In this document: positions 45,346 through 63,568 of the stretch, piece by piece
Layout of the letters: each line of letters begins with the position of its first letter
How positions within the stretch are numbered: position 1 is the first letter of the stretch
NCBI GenBank assembly: GCA_951406725.2
Contig: OX597824.1
Span: 81,592,001-81,656,000 of the forward strand
Length of the DNA stretch: 64,000 nt
Source of the DNA: Octopus vulgaris
Taxonomy: Eukaryota
Direction of reading: 5' to 3'
The notes under the pieces: generated by a model
What the model saw: the letters and a program-made list of their open reading frames with translations, nothing else
The model's database searches: none
Told to the model about the DNA's origin: nothing
Program-made: the position numbers and the translations under genes

Positions 45346-45861
45346 CGATTCGAGCATAACACAAATACCACAGAGCTACGCACACAAAAACACATTAACG
45401 AGCAATAAAGCACACACACACACATACACAGACACACATATATATATACATATATATATATATATGTGTGTGTATGTGTGCGTGCTTGCAAGCACAGGCA
45501 CATACTCATGCAGAGACGTACGACGACGACGCTACACCAAAAAGCTCCGCTAGACATTAATCATTTTTGATTTGTTGCTGATTGCATCAAAGTTGAGTAG
45601 ATTGTTATGTCTACCGAAAGCGTCGTCTCTGTGTGTGCTTGTGCGCGTGTAAGTAAGAGTGTGTGTGTGTATATATATGTATGCCTGTGCGTGTGAATAA
45701 AAGTATGCATATATAAATCACACACATGACTTCCTGTATATATATATACATATATACATATATATATGCAAATATATATATATGCATATATATATGTATA
45801 TATATATATCTATATATATGCATTTATATATATGTATACATATATATATGCATATAAATAT

Positions 45862-45907
<46 letters not shown>

Positions 45908-47576
45908 GCATATATATATATATGTGTATATATATGCATATATATATGTGTGTGTGTGTGTTTTGTGTATGCATATATATATGCATATATATATATTATA
46001 TATATATATATAATATGTATATATATATATATTATATATTTATATATTCATTCTTTCGGATTTTCGTATATATGAATACATACATATGTATGTGTATGTG
46101 TGTGTATGTGTGTGTGTGTGTGTGTGTGTGTTGTTACGTAAATTTATGTATAATATTTATGGTCGTGTTTGATGTTGATATTCATGTTCATAGCCGCTTC
46201 GTTTATGTTTTTCCCTTGCTGTTTATGTTGTTCTTGTCGTTGTTGTTGTTGTTTTTAGCGACGGCGGTGACGGTTGCAGATGCTGCTGCCTCTGCTGCTG
46301 CTGCCGTCGCCATTGCTGCTGAAGATGTTGATTGCTTCTTCTTCTGTTATTTGTTGTTTCCCACCATATTTTTTTCTCTCCCTGTTTTGTTTACATTTTT
46401 CTGGGTTTTTTTTTTTTTTAACTTGATGGAATTTGCTGTCGTCGTTAATGTTGTTGTTGTTGTTGTTGTTGTTTACGCTGGTTGACACGAATGATTGTTT
46501 TGTTTTTCTTTTTCTTATTGTTTGTTGATTGCTATTGTTATTCTCCATTGTTACTGCTGTTACTCATTTGCATTGATCTACATCGACGTTGACATATAGC
46601 TTACTCACAGATCGAACCTGAACTAATCCACACACGATCAATTACGTTCGAATCTTCACCACTTCGAATTTTAATTAGGTATAGTATATCTAGGACTAAA
46701 GTTACCCCGGGTATTGCCTTTCCTTTTTTAACCCTCAATCTGTAAAATTCTCTGAAATAAGTGAATAAAATGCGTCGATATATTTGTAATTTCTGCAAAC
46801 TTTTTCTGAAAAAATTGCAACGAGTTAAGCTTTTCTTTTTATCGTACAGGGTTGTCAGAAAAATATCAGCCAAAGATGCTTGGTTCGAAAAACTTTAGTA
46901 CATAAGGCACGATGCCTTTTGTTATGTTTTCTACCTTTTTGAAGACCAACTGACCGCATAAAAGTCCTTTATATGTGCCGATGTCATGGTAACGTTGGTT
47001 CGGATACGTGAAGTTGAAACTGTTTAATTGGCTGCAACGTATAACGTCTGTTACGTATATTTCTTCAGTGATGTCAATATGAATGTATATTGATTGTAAA
47101 AACTACTGATTATTTTCATTTGGGAATGGTCAGGTAGGCGATAATGTACTGCTGATGCTGTTAAAAAAAAACGTATTGTGGGTTGGTAGCGGATGCTGTT
47201 ACTAAATAGATGAGAGCATTGCATCCGAGTGATATGTAACAAGGACAAATTTTACTTCTTACATTGCAAAGTGACTTGGAATGAAGGAATGGTGTTCTGA
47301 GACGGCAGAGAGACAACAGCTCTGTTCTTCTTTTCAAATAATCTTAGTGATTGTTAAAAGACCTGAATATTCTTAGGTAGAAATAAGTTGAGCACCAAGT
47401 TTTGTCGGTATACAGAGGTGCGGATATTAGAGATTATGAGAATATTTTCAATTTAGCTGTCCGTAAATTTCATGGTGCATTGTTATACTCTCGTGCAATA
47501 CACACTACGCGATGTTCTGAAACGGAAAATATGTCGGTTTTGTCTTAATTTGAAGATCTCTATAATATATATATAC

Positions 47577-47639
<63 letters not shown>

Positions 47640-47956
47640 TGTATATATGTACATACATACGCATGAATGTACACATACTTGGCCTATATGTGTAGTAGAC
47701 TTAATGACCCAACTAACTTTGAAATAACATTTGGTCCTTGTTCGATTTCAGGGAACTACATTATGTCACCAGCATTCGGGCACCTTTTCCAGTCAGAATA
47801 TAACATTCTACCCTCTTCCTTATCTTCCATCAATCTCGTACGTTAAGCAAAGGATCAAGCATGCTGAATTCTCTTATAACTAATTCTGAAGTCACAAGAC
47901 ATTCTTCAGCTTGAGCGTAAATTTGAAAACCGTTGTTCATACACACACACAAACAG

Positions 47957-48012
<56 letters not shown>

Positions 48013-48348
48013 GTATATATATATGTATATATATATATATACATATATATATACATATACATGTGTATATATACGTATATATACATGAATATATATATAT
48101 ATATCGCTGCTGTTCATTGGGATCGAAACCGCAAATACATTGTTCCATAGTGTGCACTCTAGCCACACATGTTCTTACATGATGATGTTAGTATGACGCT
48201 GAATAGGTAAAAACAAGACACAACAGAAGAAGGGGTAGGAGGACGGGGGGGCGGGGAGGAGGACAAGAAGAAGAAGAATGACGAGCCTCTAACATTCTAC
48301 CGTTGACACAATTACCAACCCTATTATAAATATGTATATATATATGTG

Positions 48349-48503
<155 letters not shown>

Positions 48504-48591
48504 CTGTCACACCAGGTAACTGGTGATAGAAGTACAAATCGTTACCAAATACAGTAATGGAGTCAGTCATAAGTGTATTTGTACGATCAAC

Positions 48592-49230
<639 letters not shown>

Positions 49231-49751
49231 TGTTTCTTCCATGAGAGGAACTTGAGATATTCGCTAGAAGCGGATGCTGGTCTTCATTTTGAAGTGCCCC
49301 GTTCGCATTGTGGTGCGTGTCCTTATTTCGGCAATCTCATATTACACAACACACGCAAAAAATATATATGCACGCATGCATATACAATAAAGGCATACGC
49401 AGAACACGTATACAAATACGCAACGTACATAGATACAGATATCAGCGCATGCAAACTTCTTGACGAATGAAGGCGTACATTTATCTACTTAAATAGATTC
49501 AGGTATACATATGCATTTCTGCGACTCTGTATGATTGAATTTATGTTCGCATGTGTGTATGTACGCACACATGACACACACAACAGTGACGCGCAAGCAA
49601 GCACACACACACAATTACATAAGCACACACATACACACACATTTATATACATATATATGCCAGCATGGGTAACGGACGTTAAAAGATGATGATGATGTTG
49701 AAGAGGAGGATGATAATATGCACATAATATACATACATATATTTGCATGTA

Positions 49752-51033
49752 TCGGGTTATCTCATAAGTTCTGTCCGAATTTTGAATAAAGAAAACAAAT
49801 GTTCAAATGTTAAATTTAATTGAAATTTAATCATCAATGTACTTTCCCTGATTACCTATGACTTCCTTCCATCTATTTACAAGCTTTTTAATCCCATCAG
49901 TGTAAAACTCTTTTGGTTTCAAAGCGAAGAACTCTGAAATGTCGGCTTCGACCTCCTCCTGGCTTGCGAAAGTTATGTCCCCCAAATAACTGTAAACTAC
50001 GAAACAAATGGTAGTCTGAAGGAGCAAGATTGGGAGAATAAGGTGGATGAGGAATTTTTCCCCAACCAAGCTCGTCGATCTTCTGTGATATGATCTTTGC
50101 GGTGTGGGGTCGCCTATTGTCCCGATGAAACATTACACCTTTTCAATTCACTAAAGAGGGTCTTTTCTTCTTCAAAGCTAAGTTCAAACGCTCTGATTAC
50201 TGACAGTAGACTTGAGCATTGATTGTTGCGTTAGGTGGTAACAATCCAAAGTGAATTACTCCTTTGCAATCCCACCAGATAGAGAGAAGAATCTTTTTCC
50301 CATGAAGTTCTTTTCTCGGTTGTGGTTGAGCTTTTTCCCTTTCACCAAGCCACTGTTTACGTTTAAGATTTCAATGGAAGATCCATTTTTCGTCACCAGT
50401 CACAAGTCTATCCAAAAAAGGTGAAATAAGTTCGCGAGAATGGATTGAAGAGCAGATGTCAGCTCGGGATGTGCGGTTGCTTTCGGACAGTTCATGAGAC
50501 ACTCATTTTCAAAGTTTAGGAACATTTCCAAGATGTTGAAGATGACGATGAACAGTTGTATGGCTTGAACTAAGCTTTATTGCCAATTCTTCAACTGATA
50601 ATGCAGGATTTTCTTCAAGTACTGCCCCAAGGAGCTTATCACCAAACTCAACTGGACGTCCTGTTCGATCTTCATCTTCAATGCTGAAATCTCCACTTCT
50701 GAATTTTTCAAACCATATTCTACAAGTTCTTTCATTCAAGCATTCTTTCACATAAACTGAATATATGTTTCGAGTCGCTGCGGCTGCAAAGTTTCATTTT
50801 TGGAATCATAAAGCATTATGTGCCTTAGATGCTCTTTGGATACTTCCATGTTAGAAAGAGTTTTAATCAAAGAAATTATAATTCTATTATTCTGTAAAAT
50901 AATATTTAATTAGTCTAAATGTACACAAATGCATAAAAATAATTTTAAATTCTATTAGACATTCTAAAATACTATTAAATTTACTTCAATTTTAAAAATG
51001 GTAAAATCGGACAGAACTTATGGGATGACCTGT
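49752..51033 (-). mobile_element. Full-length (~1.28 kb) mariner transposon with TA TSD
   Basis: TIRs C(A/G)GGT(C/T)ATC(C/T)CATAAGTTCTGTCCGA at both ends, each flanked by TA. Confidence 0.93.
49827..50849 (-). pseudogene. Frameshifted mariner (DD34D-type) transposase
   Basis: MEVSKEHLRH start at 50849; WFEKFRSGDFS...GRP (HTH region), LVTGDEKWI, HRDNRRPH, HPPYSPNLAPSDYHLFRSL and GIKKLVNRW...Y, split over several frames. Confidence 0.92.
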
Positions 51034-51102
<69 letters not shown>

Positions 51103-51247
51103 ATGTATTATATTTATGTATATATACACATACATATATATGTATAGGCACACGCACACACACACACACACACGTATATATGCATATATTCATACATACA
51201 CATGCATAGGTATGTGTATGGATATGAGTTTATGAACATTTGTATGT

Positions 51248-51321
<74 letters not shown>

Positions 51322-51655
51322 GGAACGATAAGTAGATAGAGGGACAGACAGACAGATAGACAAACAGGCAGACAGACAGAGATATTCTTGTATATGCATG
51401 TTCCATTAAAATAACACAAGCAAACTCGTAAATACGATATCATTTAATTCAATAGGAAGCTTTGTCTTACGTAAGACTTCAGATCTAATGCTATACAATA
51501 ATCTAAATATAGTATCGTCATTGAAAGTGAAAGACAAACAATGGTTTATTGATTTTCGATGTACTTTAGTAATCAAAACAGAGACGCTATGTGATAGATG
51601 AGAAAAACACCGTTTCAAAGTGGGCTTCCCCGAATTCACTACTATACACATTCTG

Positions 51656-51855
51656 TTATTCTTTTTTTAGCTGTTCCAGTTAATTGACTGCGGCCATGCT
51701 GGAGCACAGCCTTTAGCACCGGAGAAATCGGCCCCAGAACTCATTCTGTTTAAGTCTAGTACTTATTGCATCAGTTTATTTTGGCGAATTGCTGAGTTAC
51801 GTGGAAATAAACACACCAACATCAGTTGCCAAGCGATGGAGGTGGTGACGAACAC

Positions 51856-51905
<50 letters not shown>

Positions 51906-52441
51906 TTACTCTTTTACTCTTTTACTTGTTTCAGTCATTTGACTGCGGCCATACTGGAGCACCGCCTTTAGTCGAGCAAATCGACGCCGGGACTTATTCT
52001 TTGTAAGCCCAGTACTTATTCTATCGGTCTCTTTTGCCGAACCGCTATGTGACGGGGACGTAAACACACCAGCATCGGTTGTCAAGCAATGCTAGGGGGA
52101 CAAACACAGACACACAAACATATACACACACACTTATATATATATACATATATACGACAGGCTTCTTTCAGTTTCCGTCTACCAAATCCACTCACAAGAT
52201 GCCACGCAATGGGACTGAACCCGGAACCATGTGGTTGGTTAGCAAGCTACTTACCACACAGCCACTCCTATATATACACATATATACGACGGGCTTTTTT
52301 CAGTTTCCGTTTACTAAATCCCCTAGCAAGGGTTTGATCAGCCCGAGGCTATAGTAGAAGACACCTGCCCAAGTTGCTATGTAGTGGGACTGAACCCGGA
52401 ACCATGTGGTTAGGAAGGAAGCTTCTTACCACACAGCCACA
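51656..52441 (-). mobile_element. Cluster of three SINE group B pieces (old tail, internally deleted copy, second head)
   Basis: Tail at 51656-51850, copy at 51906-52270 lacking ~40 bp, and a head fragment at 52270-52441. Confidence 0.85.
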
Positions 52442-52476
52442 TTATATATAGTTAAATAAATCTAATCTATCCCTCA

Positions 52477-52539
<63 letters not shown>

Positions 52540-53137
52540 CGTGTACATACTTGATGCCAGTTGCCAAATGGCTAAAATCTGATTTTTTTTTTGGGGGGGG
52601 GGGGATTTTGCATTCCCAAAATACTTGCAGTTCGGCAACAGAATAGGAAAGAATAATCACCAGACTTCAACAGATGCTACTGGTGACCGTATGTTCGGCT
52701 CAGTCTTCCAACGTGCTGCCTTGACATGGCCGCACTCCAGTGACAGAAACAAGTTCATCACTAAAACATGAAAGACTACCCAAAAAATGGTTTACAAAAA
52801 CATTCAAATAAATGGATAAATATCTTAGACGTGCTTTGCGTTGAAACAGTTGTGTATCTGCTCGCTCAAGTAAACCTAGTGGCAACTGTGTTTAAAATGC
52901 ACTTTTTTCAGGTTAAATATTTTATTCTGAACAAAGACCACGACATATCTGAAGAATCAGCACCACCACTTCTTGACATTTACTGCTGCATTGTAGACAC
53001 AATGTCCTCCAGGAGGCGCTGCCGGCCATGTTATGAATCACTCTGCTGTGTGTAACCTACTTTCATTATGATGTTTTAAAATTGCATACTTTGCTTTAAA
53101 TACTAACGGTGATTCTCAACTGGTATGTATTTAGTTA

Positions 53138-53960
<823 letters not shown>

Positions 53961-54827
53961 ATATATATAATGTAATTAATATATGAAGATGAATATAGTA
54001 TATATAGATAGATACACTTGTTTATATGTACATGTGAGTGTGAATGTGTGTGCGTGAGTGTGTGTATTTACACGCGTTATATATCGATACTTTTTGGTGT
54101 TTATATATATATATATGCACATGCCCTGAAGCAATGTTCATTAAACAAAGCAAACTAGGGCCCTAGGAAAGATGAGGTGATCTCTGCTGACAAAAGAGAA
54201 CCGTTAATAATATTCCTTATATTGAATTATTTCTTGTGACATGAGGAGAAGCTAACAGTAACGTTTCAGGCGGGAATATTTTTCAGCAGAGATAAATAAA
54301 TGTCATGTCACAAGAAGGGGGAAAACAAACGTTGAAAAGTGTCTCCTTGGAGCTGAAATATAAATTCGCTATTGTTATGAAGTATTGACTCTCCGCCGTT
54401 CGCCCACAAAAACAAAAATTTTTAAATACGTTTTGAAATGTTACTTGTTATCTCTCCTGCAGACACATGCGGTTATTCAATTTTCAGAACTTTAAACAAT
54501 AATCTTGATTACTTCGCAATCTTTGTATTTGTATTTCCAGGCAGTGAAAGAAGGGTATTATCTGACAGAAGCAATTTTAATCTTTAAGCTGATGAGTGAA
54601 AATTTACAAGTCTTTTCTAAATATTTACTCGGGAAACGTTACACTGTTGTTTTATGTCGGTGTCGAAATTCTAATCATGGTTTTCTCAGTCTCCGTTAGA
54701 TAACACCACCTGCTTCACATGAGCAAATGAAGGTATATGAAGAATAGCCTAGAATCCTGTAATACGACATAATCATGACACCTCTATATGTATGCATACA
54801 CACACATGAATACATACATACATAAAT

Positions 54828-54858
<31 letters not shown>

Positions 54859-55347
54859 CAGATATATATATATATATATATATATATTGGCGTATTCAGA
54901 AGGCAGGGAGCATCAAGTTACACATTGCATTTCAACATTTGTATAGCATAGTGCGATGTTATGTCACTGTTAGATAAAAAGACATATTAGATAATACCTG
55001 TATATGGATTGACGTCTCTACGAATTAAAGAAACCTGATGAATAGACCTCACCTACACTACATGATAAAAGGAGTAAAGATTCTTTATCACAAAAATATC
55101 ACATACAATGTGCGTATGTGTGTCGATGTACGTTTATATATATGTATAATATATATATAGATTAGAGAAAAACCACTATTATGTAATTCAAACAATGATA
55201 GACATAAACCATAGAAAAAATACAATATATTACATAACATATATATAGATCACAAAAAAGTACCAAAAAATGAATAAACATTATATAATAAGTAAAAAGA
55301 CTACGTAAAAAGATTCCTTTCACGCTAGGATTCTTTCTAGCTGGGGT

Positions 55348-55740
55348 GGAGGCGCAATGGCCCAGTGGTTAGGGCAGCGGACTCGCGGTCATAGGATCAC
55401 GGTTTCGATTCCCAGACCGGGCGTTGTGAGTGTTTATTGAGCGAAAACACCTAAAGCTCCACGAGGCTCCGGCAGGGGATTGTGGTGATCCCTGCTGTAC
55501 TCTTTCACCACAACTTTCTCTCACTCTTACTTCCTGTTTCTGTTGTACCTGTATTTCAAAAGACCGGCCTTGTCACTCTCTGTGTCACGCTGAATATCCC
55601 CGAGAACTACGTTAAGGGTACACGTGTCTGTGGAGTGCTCAGCCACTTACACGTTAATTTCACGAGCAGGCTGTTCCGTTGATTCGGATCAACCGGAACC
55701 CTCATCGTCGTAACCGACGGAGTGCTTCCTTCCTTCCTTC
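55348..55740 (+). mobile_element. SINE group A, full length with (TTCC)n tail
   Basis: Near-identical to 11458-11837. Confidence 0.93.
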
Positions 55741-56126
55741 TAGCGGGAAAGGAATCCTATGATGGTTACCTCTTATGTGTTTAAATGTACACTGAATTTA
55801 TATGAATACTATATAGTCTATTGACTAATTTTTCTACACGCTAGGCCACAGGTAATAAAAATTTCTAAAATCCTTATTACCCTGATATTATTAATTATAT
55901 ATATATATATATATATATAAAATTTAGAGGATTGACCACTAAATTTTGTATGTAAAAAAATTTAATCTTCGGATTACCTATATGGTAATAATGGAATTTC
56001 TTAGAAATTTCTGTCGATCTTTTTTGAGTATCGTGCGTTTTGTAAAAAATTATATGGTTATGGACAATATGTCCAATTTCGGCATATTTGGCATTAGAAA
56101 TTTTTTCGTTTGCCCTTATTTATAAG

Positions 56127-56170
<44 letters not shown>

Positions 56171-56206
56171 AATGGAGTTGAACGACGAATTAACAAAATT
56201 CCTTTA

Positions 56207-56289
56207 TTTTCGACATATGTTTCGAAAGCTGCATATTTCTAATTGCGAAGGAATACGGAGTATATTATGCCGCTTTCTCATCAGGAAAA
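56207..56289 (-). ncRNA. Type I hammerhead ribozyme (Penelope-like, palindromic helix III)
   Basis: Minus strand: UUUUC CUGAUGA GAAAGC-G-GCAUA..UAUGC-A-GCUUUC GAAAC AUAU GUC GAAAA. All core nucleotides are present and helices I and II pair; AATAAA follows. Confidence 0.8.
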
Positions 56290-56436
56290 GCAAGGAACTT
56301 ATGTCAGCATCAAGATGCACAAAAAACTTATAGATGACTGCTCACACGGAGCCCATAGTGTCTTCTCTGATGTGAATTTGCTACCCAGGTATCGGTTAAC
56401 CGAATTATCGATAACAAGATAATTCATTCAACTACT

Positions 56437-56490
<54 letters not shown>

Positions 56491-56589
56491 GCGGGCATAA
56501 GATCACGCACCATCTTGCAATATGCGAAATTGTTAACACTCTCTTCTATTTTGCTCTTTTCACACCTCCCGATATTACTCACAAATCAA

Positions 56590-57080
56590 TCCTCATTGGA
56601 CGGAGACAGATACTGAAGTCGGGGGCAAGGTAACGGTATGGTCTGTGATTTGGCACAATTGGACCACTTTATTTTGAGGGCTCTGTAACAGGTAATTCCT
56701 ATCTGGATATGTTTGGCAACAAGTTGATGCCCTGCATGCATTCACTTGGAAGGGAAAAATCTTGTCTGGTTTCAGCAGGATCGGGCTGTGCGCCATTATG
56801 CATTACAGGTTTTTGATTTTCTGAATGAACATTTTTGAGAGATGGCTCGGGTGTCGCAGGCCAATGGAATGGACACCACGGTCACCAGATTTATTTCCCA
56901 TGGACTTTTTTCTTTGGAAGCAACATTAAAAAATTATATATTCTGGAAAGATTCGTGACCTAGGACATGTCCTTCAAAGGATTGTTGAAGTGTTTGAACA
57001 TGTCAACGGCAGTTAGCAGCTATTTGAGGGGGTTAATCGCAATTTCAAATTCCGTTTGAGCATTAGAGCTACTTGGCCAA
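56590..57080 (+). pseudogene. Tc1/mariner-superfamily transposase fragment
   Basis: WFQQDRAVRHYA...FLNEHF..RWLG.R.PMEWTPRSPDLFPMDFFLW across frameshifts; a possible left end TA|CAG at 56487. Confidence 0.82.
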
Positions 57081-57792
57081 TACTTTGAACGTTTGTAGTA
57101 GATTACCTAATTCATTGCTAATAAAGAATGCTTGATATCTCCAATAGTTATTTATTTTACCCTGTACAAAAAAGAATTTCCTTCAAGACGTTTTCTCCAC
57201 GTGATGAGTCGTAGTGCAAATATATATAAAAGAAGCAACAAACACAAATTTATATAGCTTTCAGGAAAATACGTTTTTATTTTTTTGTTTGTAATGAAAT
57301 ATTCTACAGATACTTTTCAATGGTTAAGACTACGATTACTTACGAATTTAATTTCTAACATTGGAACATTGGGAGTGAATGTGTTACGTATCTCCAGTTA
57401 GATTTTCATAAGTTTTGAGCGCGTTGTTTCAATAGTATAGGTAATTTCTAAGATATATTTCAAATAAACTAGAAGTTTGACCGCAAAAGGATAAAAGTCA
57501 TTGCCATTAGTAAAGGAGGTAAGGGCAAATACAGGGGAGACAAATTAATCAAACCATGTACAAGGATATTCAGTTGGGTTTTGGGCGTTGGGCGTGAGTT
57601 GGTACAAATGTTTGTTCTGTGTTGGGGTCGAAATTCTTAAGATAACGCTTTCAGTTATAGTAAAAGGCAACAGCTGCGTTTTCAGAAAAATTATTTATAC
57701 GCAACCAGCATATTGTATACCATGTATGTATAGGTAGAGTGTGTTGATAGACAGATGTAGATATAGATAGAGATAGAGATGTAGATACATAC

Positions 57793-57833
<41 letters not shown>

Positions 57834-58527
57834 CATACATATACACATATACGTACGCACGCACACGAATTTACGTATATATATATATATATATATATAA
57901 ATATACATATATGTATATATATAAATACATATATATGTACATATATATACATACATATATGTATGCATACATACATACATACATACATACATACATACAT
58001 ACATACATACATACATACATACATACATACAGAAATGTACGTACAATATTTACGAACGTAAATCGCTCAAATGGTTTTCTTGTCAGTTTTTAACATCACT
58101 AAATGGACATTTTACATCTGCTACTTCCCAAGTGCAACTAGCAGATGCAACATGTGCACATTTGCCCATCAGATTTTATATTTTTCGTTTTCTTCTTTCT
58201 TTTTCTGTATTTACAAATTCTGAAGAAGTATTCTGCACGATATTCGCGAAAGAAAATTAATTCTACTTTCTAACACACCAAGCTAAGCTGTATCATCCGA
58301 GCAAACACTTAAGAGGCTTGAGAAGTTGAAACGGGTAAGTTCTACGCGAAGCATTTTGCTACAAGTAACCAGATCACAAATGAGTATTGAGCAATTCGTT
58401 TCCAGTATGTTACATGCAGGTACTCAATACGGGCACACAGGCACCCACACATGCTTGCACATACACGCACACACACCAAAACAACACACACATATATACA
58501 TATGCCAGTGTGAGAGAATGTATGCCT

Positions 58528-58661
<134 letters not shown>

Positions 58662-59149
58662 AATAATATAAATATTATACAAACTGTATGAATAGATGAT
58701 GTCTAAAGCACCGGCACAGAACGAAGGGTCGAAACATGTGTCGTACTCAATAAAATCTAATACACATTCCATCTCTTATTTCTCTCTGTCGTTGCTCTCA
58801 CTTGACCATCGTCCATCTTTCTTTTCCTCTCGTGACCATCCTTCTTACCTGCACTGATCTTCTCAGAACTGGACGTCTCTAATCCCTCTCTACTATCTTT
58901 TATCTTTTCAAGGAAAATATTTCTCTCAGCGTTCACTATTTCCCCCTCGTTCAGGTCTGATGTTTGTTTTCCTTCGGTTTCCTTGTATGTCCCCACAGTC
59001 CAATTTTTGGTTATAACTTTGACCCTCCATATATACAAAATTTTATTTTTGGTATTTATAGAAGCAACTATCTTCGAAGACTCAAATTGTCGTTGACTCC
59101 TCCAAATGGGGAGTTGATATACAGCCAACAACTGATGAAGGGTTATAGG

Positions 59150-59290
59150 TTAACGCTCGGAAAGTAAGTGAGAAAGTCTTTCGCTTCGAGTGTATGCTCT
59201 TCGTCAGAAAGGAACACCGAAATAAGCAGAGAGAGAGAAAATAAAAAAATGTTTAGTGGCTAGCGATCAACCATGGGGAATGCTGGAGAG
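59150..59290 (-). mobile_element. Penelope-like terminal-repeat fragment with a decayed hammerhead
   Basis: Minus strand CTTT-CTGACGA-A-GAG-CATACA-CTC-GAAGCG-AAAG (59178-59211); homologous to 35797-35960. Confidence 0.6.
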
Positions 59291-59371
59291 AGATGATCAG
59301 ATAGGAGAGCTAGAAAGTCGGGGGAGATATGTATGTGTGTATGTACTTGTCCATGTAGTCATGAATGAACA

Positions 59372-59447
59372 TTTGCTCAAGGTGCCACGCAGTGGGGCTG
59401 GACCCTGAACCATGTGGCTGGGAAGCAGCCACACAGCGACGCCTACG
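59372..59447 (-). mobile_element. SINE group B head fragment
   Basis: CAAGGTGCCACGCAGTGGG.CTG.ACC...AACCATGTGG...CACAGC..CGCCTACGC. Confidence 0.7.
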
Positions 59448-60089
59448 CATCTATATATATATATACAATTTAAGAATAGGATAAAATCTTTAGAAGAATT
59501 TATGAAGTAGTTAGCGTGAAAAACCTCATATATATATATATATATATATATAGATATAGATATATAGATATATAGATACAGATATATATATAGATATATA
59601 TGTAAATGCATATATACATACATACATACATGTATATGTATTTACGTGTGTAAGTAAGTATGTATGTATGTATGTATGTATGTATGTATGTATGTATGTA
59701 TGTATGTATGTATGTGATTACGCTCGTATGAATCGCTGCGGATGTATGTTTGAATGCTAAACACGTACAGCAAAGGTTAACACTTAAAACCAACAACACA
59801 TGTTGGTAACTTCGTCTGGAATTTTTTCCTTGCCTTTCCTCCTTTCTTTCCATTTTCCTTCTATTTTCCGAAGAAAACAATGTCCGAAATACCATAACTA
59901 TTTTCACTCCTGGCAGTAACTTACTAATACTAATGGCCGAAATATAGCGCCTAGCTTTTTTTTTTTCGTTTTTTTTTTTCATTTTGTATTCTCTTAATTT
60001 GCATTTCTTTATTTTTTTTTTTCATCTTTCTCATTTTTTTCAGTATATGTATATGTGCAGGCATATACATATACTCTTCTATACGTATG

Positions 60090-62295
<2,206 letters not shown>

Positions 62296-62299
<4 letters not shown>

Positions 62300-62360
62300 G
62301 AAGCGGGTGAAACAAACAAGGCGAATTTGAGAGGTTTGGATTGGAAACTCCCGAAATATA

Positions 62361-62406
<46 letters not shown>

Positions 62407-62471
62407 TATATTTCGGGAGTTTCCAATCCAAACCTCTCAAATTCACCTTGTTTGTTTCACCCGCTTCGTGT
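62296..62471. repeat. 176-bp near-perfect palindrome: 69-bp arms around (TA)n
   Basis: 62296-62364 is the reverse complement of 62403-62471 with one mismatch. Confidence 0.93.
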
Positions 62472-62923
62472 CTTCATTTCAATTCCAATTTATAATGGTT
62501 ATATATATACACAGACATCCTTGATCCTTTTTTATTTCCTCCCCTCCATTTTCCTGTCACTTTTTCTTTCATTACACTTCGTAGTTCCTCTCACCTTTCA
62601 CGCTCACATTCTCTCCCCGATCGCTAATTTATAAAAATACATTTCCAGTTATATTTGGTGTAGCGAGACAAAGCTCTCCATTTACTCTCAACGTATATTC
62701 TTCGATGATGTGCAAAGCACTGTCATTGGTTCTAATATCGGTCACGTAGACAATGATTGGATGACGATATATCGGTGCAACTGTTATTTTCTGCCCTGTA
62801 AATCAAGGATTTAAAGGATCCATCTGAGGCTGTAGCTCAAGAATAGAATTTTATCTTCACCCGTCTACCTGTTCCTCTCACACAACATCGCTCACATAAA
62901 CTGTCGTGCTGTTTCCATTCATA

Positions 62924-63035
<112 letters not shown>

Positions 63036-63047
63036 TATCTATCTATC

Positions 63048-63125
<78 letters not shown>

Positions 63126-63166
63126 TGAGAAAGTTGGTTTGTGAAAGCACGTGGTTGAATATATAG

Positions 63167-63568
63167 AAAATAGTAAAAAGTGAAAAAACTACAGAAGGCT
63201 TATTTTAAAAGGTTAAAAAATATATATTTGAGCCCAGACATAACCATTTCAACATACTTATACAGAGAAATTCACTCCAAAGGAAAGGCAAAAAATTTTA
63301 AGCGATTATCTCCCTTACGCCGGAAGAAATCACTTATTAACTCCCCTTATCTGGAACTCTTCTCAACATAAACATAACGATAACTCTTCTCAACGTAAAC
63401 ATAACGATGTAAGAAATTTGAAAAGCTGAACGCGAAACCGGTCATTTCTTCTAAACTATGTCATTGTAAGAAAAAACTCATAACATTCTTCAGACATATT
63501 GACTCAAATATATATTTTTTAACCTTTTAAAACAAGCCTTCTGTAGTTTTTTTCACTTTTTGCTATTT

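Noticed and set aside
46601-46873. 90-aa minus-strand ORF with splice-like signals
   Set aside because: No recognisable domain and a non-ATG start; compatible with chance.
52768-53055. 95-aa ORF ending in a Cys-rich tail after a TTTTTTCAG acceptor
   Set aside because: No recognisable family; a terminal exon cannot be excluded but is unsupported.
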